NCBI GenBank assembly: GCA_016748015.1
Contig: JAAOMT010000682.1
Span: 4,709 to 68,708, forward strand
From: Geosiphon pyriformis uo1
Taxonomy: Eukaryota; Fungi; Glomeromycota
Direction of reading: 5' to 3'
Length of the DNA: 64,000 nt
The translations under genes were made by a program, and so were the position numbers. The notes below the pieces were generated by a model that worked only from the letters and a program-made list of their open reading frames with translations, did not search any database and was not told the origin of the DNA. Below, in pieces: positions 24,680 through 35,421 of the stretch (within the stretch, counting starts at the first letter, position 1; every line of letters begins with the position of its first letter).

Positions 24680-25611
24680 TGTTACTGGAGGTTTTTGGTC
24701 TCTTTTCTTGAATATTGTTAATGTCTGTTTGCTGTAAATTCACATTCTTAGAAAGTAGTTAAATCTCTGATAATTGAATTTATCTTTAAATTATCTTTTA
24801 TAATTTGAACTGCTGGGCTTATAAATAGAATGGCCAATTTATACCAGTTATTTTATGTAGTTATATTGTAATAAATGTTAACTTTTTTTCAGGAATTACT
24901 CATCTGGAAGCTCACTAAAAATGTGTAGTTACTTTGCTATAAAAGTCAATTCTTTTACAGAAATCTTGTCTGTAGGCTATCTTAATAATTATGATAAAAA
25001 AAATAAAAAAAAAGTAAAAAAAATAAAATTTTTGTCAAAGGAATCATTTTCTATTCAGATCTGAAGTCACTAACAGAATATTGAAATTGGTAGTTAATCA
25101 ATTTCAAAAACATTAGTTGGGTTTTTGGAATTTTCAAGTGTAATAATTAAAAATTTGGGGTTTCAAATATTTTATTTTTATTTGGTTTATGTAAGAATGT
25201 ATAAAGAAGATTTGTTCTAATTAAGATATCTAAAATAAGATGATAAAATACATTTTCTTGAAGAGAGAAGCTTTTTTTTTATACAACTTGTTATAATATT
25301 AGTTTTTAAACTTGTACTTTTCTCTTTGCTCTAATTTCAACAAATTAAAGATACATTTTGGCAAATTACAAGTTATTTTCACAAACTATTGATTATTTCG
25401 GCCAATTTCTGCCAATTTCGGCGAATTTTTGAATATTAAATGGTTTAAAATATTGTGTAATTTAATTATCTTAATTTCTATGATACAAATTGGATTATTA
25501 ATTGAATAATAATATTTGATAATTTGATTAAATAATAATATATACTAATTACTAATAGGAATTATAAAGATAATTTCATGTTAATTAATAGCTAAAATTC
25601 TACTGGTAACA
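24680..25611 (-). repeat. E4 3' LTR
   Basis: TGTTAC...GTAACA; repeat of 54070-55045 and 2990-3943. Confidence 0.93.
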
Positions 25612-25622
25612 TAATTTTCTTT

Positions 25623-26299
25623 TTAAGATTGAGCTTCTTTAAAATCTAAGCACTATCTGTAATTTTAAGATAGTAATCCAAAATTATTGAAGTAATTTGG
25701 TCTGAAAATTGTTGAAATTTCAGTTCTGTGAGTTTGCCAATGTATTGAATTTTTATTAGTTGGAGTATTGGATTTTGTAGGACGTTTTCACAAGTATAAA
25801 ATAGGTTATAAAGTCTATAAGCTACTCTAAATTTGTAGTAAGTGTTTATTAGTCCAGCTGCTGTCTTGAATTCATTGTGAATTTGTTTTTGTATGGTTTT
25901 CAGAGTGAAGTTTGTTCTTTTAAGTTCCAGTTTTTATTCATAAAGTGTTCTTCTAATATGAAAATATCTAAATATAGGGGTATATTTATTGCTTTGCTCA
26001 TTAAAAAACAGTTGAAGCTTTTGTTGAGTTGTGGTATTTGGTAAAATATCAATAAGAACAAATAAAAAATTTTTTTTTAATGTTTGCTTCAAGAGTTCTA
26101 GTAATTGAATTCCAGAATAACTTTTTGTGTTTTTTCTGTAAGAGTAATAATTCTGTGAATTGTTTATTACTAGGGCTGTAGTTTTTTTCTGAATGTAATT
26201 AATTTGACTTCCATTAATTATTATGGATAAGTTAAAAAGTGTTTTTAAAGCTAACATTAATTTGTGAGATAGTTGTTAAATGTTTCTGAAAATAAGCAT
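25623..26299 (-). pseudogene. E4 3' accessory ORF
   Basis: ATG 26299; ...RYFHI..LY...YYKFRVAYRLYNLF...IGKLTELKF...EAQS*; distant homologue of the E1 accessory ORF. Confidence 0.65.
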
Positions 26300-26473
26300 T
26301 ATAATGTTGAATAAAAATAATTTTGAATTAGAAAGAATAAAAAGAATTTTTTTTTTGTATATGGGTTTTATATATTTTTTCTTGGGTATTTCTGGTGTTT
26401 ATTTCATTATTTTTGTTTTAATGTTTTTGTATTTTAAAAGGAATAACTAATAAAATTAAATATTCAGAGTTGT

Positions 26474-27840
26474 TATTGTTCTATTACAACTATTGGTTCT
26501 AAATTTCAGGAAATATCTTCCAAATTAATTAATAGAGAATGTATACCAATTTGTGGAATTAATAATTTAGGATTGTTTCTGAAATGATAGTGTTTTAATT
26601 GATCTCTATATGCAACTTTGGTTAGAATTTTGTTATCAAGTCTTAATTTGTATGATCTATTGTTTAAGATTTTGTGAATATAAAATAGTTTATTTTATTT
26701 ATGTTTAAATTTTCCACTCTATTGTTTTTTAGCCTTAGTTCTGTGTAAGAGAATTTTGTTTCCAATTTTAAATTTATTGGTAACTGATGGCAATTTGTTG
26801 CCATGCTATTCTTTTTGTTAAACTTGGAAGTGTTCAATATGAGTGGCTGCTATTTGTTATTTTCCTTCCAATGTGCTAAGAAAAGTATAGACTCTTTATT
26901 GAAGAGTTTCTTGAAAGTTTTCTTCTGTAATAAATTGTATTGAATATGTTTCTACTGTGAATTCAATTGGTAGTGTTGCTGTTTTTTCATAGATAAGATT
27001 AAATAGTGTGTGTTTTGTTGTATCTTGTTTTAGTATTTTGTACACTAGTAATACTGATGAAATAAATATATCTCATTCCTGTTCAAAATTGATTGAGATT
27101 TTGGCTAGTAATTTATACAGTATCTGGTTGAAATGTTCTACAAGTCTATTTGTTTGGAGATAATAAGGTGATAATAAAAGTTTTTTGATATTGAATTGTT
27201 CACAAATTTTTTGTATCAAATTGTTTACAAAGTGTGTTTCTTAATCAGATAAAAGTTTAATTGAACATTTATGTTTACAAATAATGTCTTCATAAATGAG
27301 ATTTGCTACTGATTTTGTATCTGCTTTTTGAATAGCTCTGGCTTTAAGCCATTTGGTAAGATAATCTACTGTAACAACAATATAACAATTTTTTTGGTTT
27401 GTGATAAGTAATAGTCTGACTAAATTAATTCTAATTCTGTCAAAAGATTGTTTAATTTTAATTGAATTTAAAGGTTCCATGGGACAAGTTTCTCTTCTTT
27501 TTTAACAACTATTACAAAATTCTATATATTGTTAAATATTTTTTTGCATCTGGGACCAAAAATAATCTTCAAGTGTTCTTTGAATTGTTCCATCTTTTTC
27601 CAAATATGCTGAAGAAGGATTTGTGTACATGTTGTATAGAATTGTTTTTTTTTCATTTTTCTGTATTAATCTGAGTGAATTTGTTAAATTTCTGTGATTT
27701 CTGTAATAAATTTTGTTGTGGTAGATAAAATATTGTTTTGTTTAATGTTGTAATTGGTGTTTTTTACTTGGAGACAATTTTTTCAGTGAGATAAGAGTCT
27801 CCAAATATTGTTTGATATTGTTGTAAGTTTCTGGATTTAT
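26474..27840 (-). pseudogene. E4 integrase (separate ORF)
   Basis: FDRIRINLV..VDYLTKW..LLSD; start codon decayed (ATA AAT CCA, probably from ATG GAT CCA). Confidence 0.8.
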
Positions 27841-27901
27841 TGTTGTTAATTTTGTTGTTTGTTAAATTAATAAGTTGTTGGTATTTTGTTGGTTGATGGT
27901 A

Positions 27902-30900
27902 TTAATCTCATTTTATTCTTGAGAGGCTATCAACATTGATATGTAATTTTTTAGATTTGTGGTAAACAATGTATTTGTAATTTGCTAAGAAATTATTCTA
28001 TATAAATTGTTTGGTATTTTGTTCTGATTTCTTTTTGTTGAGCCATTTGAGACCAATATTGTTAATTATAATGTTGAATTTTTTTCTATTTTTCAGATAT
28101 TGTTGAAAATGTTTAAGAGTTCAAATGACTATGCAGCTTTTAATTCAGTTAAACCATATTTGAGTTCTGTTGGTTTAAGTGTTCTATTAGTATAAGCAAT
28201 AATTTGTTTATCAGTTTATTAATATGGAGCATTTTTGTTTGTGAAGTAGTTAAATAATTTGGAAATTTCTGTGAATTTTTTGATAAACTTTTGGTAATAG
28301 GAGATTAATCTTACAAATTCTCTTAGTTCTGTGGTATTTTAGAGAACTTAAAAGTTTTTAACTGTACTGATTGTTTTTGGGTTGGATTGGACTTTATTTT
28401 TGCTGACAATATGTCCAACAAAGATTAAGCTTGTTTTTCCAAAGTGATATTTCTCAATATTTAACTTCAATCTTGCTTTTCATAATTAGTAAAATACTTT
28501 TCACAAATAGATCAAATGAGCTTCAAATGTTGGAGAATAAACATTAGTATTATCTAAGTAGACAACTATTAATTGCCATAAGAGTCTTTTATAAACAACA
28601 TCCATAAATTGCTGGAAAGTTGCTGGTGTATTATAGAATCCAAAAGACATTAGATTGAACTCATAATTTTCTTCTTGAGTAGTAAAAGCTGTTTTAGAAC
28701 AATCTTTTGGATCCATTTTAACTTGCTAGTATTCACTTTCTAAGTCTAATGTTGAGAAAAACTTGGCTTTTTCTAAAGTATTTAGCATGTTATTAATCTT
28801 TAAAAAAGAGTAGACATCTCCAATTGTCATATTGTTCAATTGGTGATAGTCAACACAAAATCTAATTTTTCTGTTTTTCTTTTTAACTAAAACTATTAGT
28901 GAGACCTAAGAACTTTTTGATAGTTGAATCAATCTATTATTGAGCATTTTTTGAACTTCTTTTTTGATGAATTGGTGGCTGACAGGTGGCATTCTATAGG
29001 CTTGTTGTCATTTTAATAAAGCATCTTCTGTGTAAATTTGATGCTACACAATGTTAGTTTTCCAAGATTATTGTTATCTCTTGCAAATATATCAGCAAAT
29101 TCAGTTATTAGCTGTTTTAATTGTCTTTGTTATAAGAGTTTTAAGGGACTCATGTTGATTTGAGATAGTTTCTTTTCTATAATATAATAGTTTTCAATGT
29201 TTTGAGTAATGTTGGGATTTAAGAAAAGAATGTGTTTCACAATTTTGGTGAAATTAGAAACAATTTGAAGGGTTTTATTTTGAAAGATATTGCTATGTAT
29301 TATTTCAATTTCTAATCTATTTAATAGAATGATAGAGTAATTATTGGAGTTATAAAATATAACTCGGAATTTTTTTATTTTTTTTGGAATATAAACATTT
29401 GGAATTAAGATTTTGTGCTTTAAACAAATTTGTTTATTGGCTTTAAAAATTTGTTGGGTGGTAGTAGGCTTAAGACAAGTGTAAATTTCATGATGTTTTC
29501 TAAAAGATGAAATAGTAATTGGTTGAGATAATTAAAGAATCTGGTGAGATTCATTCTATGTGTTGAAAGCTATGTTGACTGGAACTGTAAATCATTCTGT
29601 TGAACCAAAATCTTGGGTTTTTTTTTTGCTTTTGCCTAATTGTTCTCTGTTATTAACTGATTTCAGATCTGAAATATTAATTAAAGATAGATAAATTGCT
29701 TAAGCAATCTTTTCAATATGTTCAATCTTAAATAATTTATCAATTTTGTTTTGCAACATAATAGTAATATCTTCAGTGTATTCTGCATCTATAATTCCTC
29801 TTCTAATGTTGATTTTTTTGCTGGCTAGGGATAATTGAGAAGCAATTTGAACCATTGCTCCTGGTAGAATTTCAATAGTGATTTTGAGATTGATTTTTGT
29901 TAAAGATTTTGGCTGGAGAACCAAAGTGTTTTTTCTTAGATATTGTAGATCATATTCTGCATCAATTTCATGAGCTTTTTTTGGTTTAATTTCTTGGCCA
30001 TTGTTATCAAAATACTTGAATTGTAAGGCTAGTTGGTTTTTAAAAAGATAGATTGGGGTTGTTGATATCTCTTCTTTATAATCAGTTTCTTCAAATTCAA
30101 TTTCATATTAATTATTTTTGCTGAGCAGAAGAATGCTAAAAACATAGCATTCTGGACATTATTTGTCATTACAAGACATAATACATTTTTTACACAATTG
30201 AATGTTTATTTGCTCTAATCATTGAATTTAAGTTTTTTGTGTTGAATAAATATGACTTGCAATTTGGTGGTAGGTTTTTACTTTATCTTTATAGTCAAAT
30301 CTAGCTAATTCTATTGTATATTTAATGTATTCTATTTTTTTCATCTGATAAACATCTTTTTGTGTGGCTTTATTGATTAAAGTCATTGTTAAATCAAAAA
30401 TTATTTTAGCATTATGAAAGTAGTAGTAAAGTTTATTAAGACCCCTGTTATATGCTACATTGAAAGGTGTTCCTCTTCTGACTTTTTTCGATATTAATAA
30501 GACATATTGGCAGGTTTGATCATATACTCCTCTTTTTATTGCAATATCAATTCAATTGTATTCTTCTGATAACATATCTTTACATGTAAAACAAGGAGTG
30601 TTGTCTTATTTTCCACTTCTTTTTGGGAATCTAAATCATTCTTTATGGTATGCTTTGCAAAAGTAACAGATGCAGGTCTTATATTCCTTTTCTGGAGATA
30701 TATAAGCTCTTATAAATAAAAGCTTTTTCTTGTAATCTTTGCATTTTAGTGAGATATATGATAGTTTTTTACATGGTTTTAATGTGGAATACCAAACTTT
30801 CTTCCATTTTCTAGTTTTTTTACAAATTTTTTGTTCTGTTTTCTCAGCCCAATTAGATGTTGATCCAAGAGCCATGTAGGTTTCAGTAATTGCCATTTCT

Positions 30901-31171
30901 TTTTTCTTTTCAAATTCAAATACTGGGACTTTTTCTAATTATTTGTTAAAAGTACCACAAGTTGCAGATACTATAATGTATTGTCTTTGGTATGAGATCT
31001 TAAGTTCTTGGATTTTCCAGTTCAGGTTTGCATTAGCTTTAAGAAGACAATTATTTTTGACAAGGGCTTAATATTGAAGTATATCTATGACAAGAACTTT
31101 GATTGGAATGGTAATTCTATTAATTGTAAAGAGAAAATTATCAATTTCTCTAATTGGTGTTTTTTTTATGC
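27902..31171 (-). pseudogene. E4 pol, 3' part (PR C-half, Cys region, dUTPase, RT, RNase H)
   Basis: KTPIREIDNF, dUTPase GIIDAEYT, RT NTPATFQ/YLDN, NVDSLSR. Confidence 0.85.
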
Positions 31172-31969
31172 TGTTACTCATAAAAAAAAACAGATATAGA
31201 AAATAGTAGACCAATAGGAGAATAGCAGTTAGCATGTAAGCATATTGCTTAATAATATGGAGCAATATTAGAAAATTAGGGCACATTGCTCAGCAATGTG
31301 AGTATTGCTCAAGAAATCATAGCATATTGCTCGGGAATGTAAGTGATCTTATAGAACATCAATAATGTATATATAGTAGTAGCATTAGAAAAAAAAAAAG
31401 ACAAATTTCTTAGTTTAGATTTGATCTAAACAATCTTTTAATTCACAAATATTAATAAATAATTATTTGCTATCTTAATCCACTCTTCACTATCAATACT
31501 TCATGTTGATAGTATCAAATACTTAACTATGCTAGAACAATAGCTCTTGATTATGACTATTGACAGAATACTAACATCTATTGCCTTGGCTTATTTTCTT
31601 TTTTTTTGTTATTTCTTTTGTTGTGTACTAATTAATTAAAAGGATTAAAGTGCTAAAATATTGACATCAAGAATAGTCTGGTAAAAGACTTCAAAGAAAG
31701 GATATAACATTGAAAATTTAAGGATAGCTTATTAGAAAGACATCTCTGCCAAATTACTGGCCACCATACTGAAAAAAAAATTCGATAGAATTGTGATTCC
31801 AGAAGGCTACTGAAAACAACTATTGAATCTCTGTTCATTATACAAAAAACTTCACCAAAATTTTCAAATATCTAAAAATCTTTAAAAACTATTAATATTA
31901 CCAGATCAATTGAGTACCAAGTTATGAGTTTGTTATTTGCTTTGAGACCCCAAATAATTACCTGTAACA
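31172..31969 (+). repeat. E3 5' LTR
   Basis: TGTTAC...GTAACA; repeat of 51042-51833. Confidence 0.93.
31368..31376 (+). promoter_or_regulatory. Putative TATA box in E3 LTR
   Basis: TATATATAG followed by agcattagaa; conserved at the same position in the 10691, 45842, 51042, 56434 and 63212 LTRs, at the boundary between variable U3 and conserved R-U5. Confidence 0.6.
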
Positions 31970-32032
31970 TTTGGTGCTCTCTGTGAGGTATAATCTTACA
32001 GAAAACCAGCACTAACAACACCCATCCAAACA

Positions 32033-34356
32033 GTAGCAGAATCCGAAGAAATAGGAACAAACTATTTGAGATTTGCAAAATCCTTATTTTAATATTATCA
32101 CACCTATTTCGGATTAACAAATAATAGTTGGCCAACAGAATTAGCTTTTAACTGCTATGTCAACAAGAGAATAGCATATTATTTAGGAGGCCAAAGAAAT
32201 CCAAAATTCACATTCAACAATTTTTTTAGTGAACTACTCCAAAACACCACTCTTCCACAAAACTATTTATTTGCACTCTTAATCACAAAAATAAACAGGG
32301 AAATTGAAAAATATACCAAGTAGAAATTTTCTATTACTTTTGCTGACAAAGAAAAAAGAAGGTTACAAACACCAGCAGGAATACCAAAGCAGATTTAATT
32401 ACTCACTTGGAAGAAACAAAAATTTGATTCACCTGCTAATTCATTATATCACCACACACCCAGAAGTATTATCAACATAATAAGCATGGCTACAGCAAGC
32501 AGGACAACACTATTGAACAGAATTCTATTTTAAAGTAAACAAAAAAAAGCAGAGTTATTAGAAACATATGGCAATCATTTTGAGGGATTTAAATCACAAT
32601 TTCCAATGCCATCAGAAATTTGATTACCACTATTACAACCAGATTTCGGAGCTGTTAGTCCTTGGAAAATAACTGACTCCAAGGAAGAGGGAAGTAGCAA
32701 TCAGAAAAATAGCAAACAAAACCCAATCCTAGAAAATCCAGAAATTAAAACTCCAGTTAATCAAACTCTGAAAAATCAGAATGATCAAAATTCTGACATT
32801 ATTACTTAGAAAAACTTACCTTTGATAATTGTGATTAATTCACTGCCAGCTTTACCAATCGACAAACAGCAATAGCAATAGCCACAACCATCATTCCAGT
32901 AGTAACTACAACAGCAACCACAACTGCAACAACAAAACTTGGATCCAATAACCTACGCCCCAATAGCAAAACTTGAAAAATTCACTGGTGAAGAGGATGA
33001 TGCCCAAGTGTGGCTAAATAATATTGAAAAAGCCATTGCAGCCAATGGATGAAATAATGCCAGAGCCATGCAAGCCATTTCATATTTTTTTCAGGATGCT
33101 GCTGACTCTTGGTATCAAAGCTTGGCCAACAAACTTCAGGATTTTAATGTATTCAAGCTTGCATTTTTACAATATTTTAGCAATAATAATAGTATTAATC
33201 ATCTAGTAAATATCTTCACCACCATTAAACAAAAAGAAAATGAAGCAGTTACTACTTATTTAGGATGCTTTCACAGAAATCTGCACCAGATTCAGGCAAT
33301 CCAAGCCAATTATTTCACAGTACCAAAAATTCTAAATTAATTCATTAGAGGCCTGCACAGTAACATTCTTCAATGCATATGTTCAATGCATCCAGCAAAT
33401 TTTCAAGCTGCTGTTACAAATGCCAGAGATTTTGAAGCAGCTAAACTCAAAGCTAACTATGTCTAAGCCGTAAATCTAGTAATGAACAGATTATCTGACT
33501 TGGATTCCAAATTAAAACAATTCAGTAAATTAATTAATCAGAAATTAGAGAGATACTTAGCTAACAACAACCAGACAATTTATTAACCTCCTCAATGATA
33601 CAATAATCAAGAAAACTATAATTGTGTCCAAAATCAACCATGTTCATCATCATCAACCAATTAATCATGACAACAGAAAATGTGTGTTTGCCACTATTGT
33701 GGTAAACAAGAACATCTGCAATTTGAATGTTACAAAAAAATAACTGACCAATAATCAGAAAATCAATATCAAAACCCCAATTGCTGGTTTCAAACTCCGA
33801 GTTATCAATACCATTGAGCACCATATCAACCAAATTACCTATCTATAATACAGCAGTCAATCTATCAACCATTAATTTATCAACTGACAACACCCATAAT
33901 TTATCAACCACCACAGTCACAGATAATTTATCAACCCCAACAAATTGCAACACTGTCACCAAACTCAGCTCCAATGACATCAAGAAATCTCTGATCTAGG
34001 ACCACTCAAAACTAGAGATTGGTGATGATTGTCCACCAACTGATTTCTAGCTTATTAAACCAGCCATTAAGATTATACTAGTGGAGTTTAGGAATCAGGT
34101 ACATCCAAAACCCAAGTTTTCAGAACTATTTAAATCTCCTAGTTATTTCAGAAAACATCTTATCCAACCAACTGGAACACAACCACAAACAACAATTGGC
34201 TAGCAACATACTTCTAGCCACTGTTACCAACAATGAATTATTAGTAGTAATTTTTCTATTTGAACTTGAGAAACTGTTATCCATGGCCTTGTTTAATAAA
34301 ACTGCACTCAAAGAAAAACTGATCACTGCCATGTACACTAATGTGAAAGTTGATGG
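32033..34356 (+). pseudogene. E3 gag and start of protease
   Basis: AFNCYVNKRI, LEKFTGEEDD, VCHYCG.QEHLQFEC, MYTNVKVD| interrupted by E2. Confidence 0.85.
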
Positions 34357-35360
34357 TATTATTTGAGTAAAGAAACTGATTCAAAGTTATGAAGAAATAT
34401 AACCAGAACATAACATAACACAGAATAATGCACAATAATGTTGGATAATGTGTTATAACTTAGAATAGTGCAAGATAATGTGCTATAACATAGGATAACA
34501 CAAAATAATATAGGATAACTAGTAATAATGTAGAAGAATGAAACAATAACAGAAATAACAAAGCAATAGTTAGCAATAACAAAACAATCAGAAACAATCC
34601 TGTAAAACCAAAAGAATGTATAAAAGCAAGTAGCTGTAAAAAGAAGAAAGACAAGACAGATAGATATGAACCACTAGACAAAAATCAAATATCTCTCTCC
34701 TTCATCATTTATTATATTCATCTTCTAAAATAAATCAATTATTAAGAAATCAGAATTCTAAATTCATGTTCTCAAACTTTGTGGATTTTATGTGAACTAA
34801 CTATTATTTTATACCTTTATTTTAGGACAGATGCTCTTAGCATAATTATCTCGAACCATTAATGATTTGGACCAATTGCTTTTGATCATGACAATTGACA
34901 ATACTAATTCTTTTCTTTCTCTCTTTTATTTATTTATTTATTTATTTCTTTTTATTTTTTTTTATTTCTTTTCTTTATTCTTTTGTGGAGCAGCAACATA
35001 GTAAAATTGACTGTTTGAAAATAGACTTTGTAATAGCCTAGTAAAAGAAGAAAGCTCCTTCTAGGTTTTTGGATATTAACATTATTTGATAGCTTATCAG
35101 AAAGGCAAAAAGACAACACCAGACCTTAATGACTGTGCTCGTTAGCTCAGAGAAAAAAGCTTATTTTTATAAGAAGTTGCAATTAGTGAAAACCAAAACT
35201 CTGTGTCTTATAACCAAAGAACTCAACAGGTAAATTCACAACCAGTAGATAAGACTTTCAGAGACTGATAATCAAGACTAAGCCAATGGAATTACACAAA
35301 CCACATATTAAGAGCACCAAACATTATCATTTTTTTATCCTACCAAGTTTACCTGTAACA
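34357..35360 (+). repeat. E2 5' LTR
   Basis: Starts TATTAT (decayed TGTTAC), ends GTAACA; homologous to E1 LTRs. Confidence 0.92.
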
Positions 35361-35421
35361 TTTGGTGCTCTCTATGAGGTTATAAATCCACAGAGACAGA
35401 GCACTCCAGAAATTCACAAAA

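Noticed and set aside
31660-32030. Gag ORF starting inside the LTR and reading or splicing through the PBS (IAYQKG..., IEHQV...TCNIWCSL)
   Set aside because: All three frames look semi-open, related LTRs differ by non-triplet indels, and the frame joining to gag differs between E1, E2/E3 and E4. A GUG start explains the data better, though splicing is not excluded.
33781-33999. Ser/Thr-rich mucin-like ORF
   Set aside because: Alternative frame of the Gln/Pro/Tyr-rich Gag C-terminal linker of E3.
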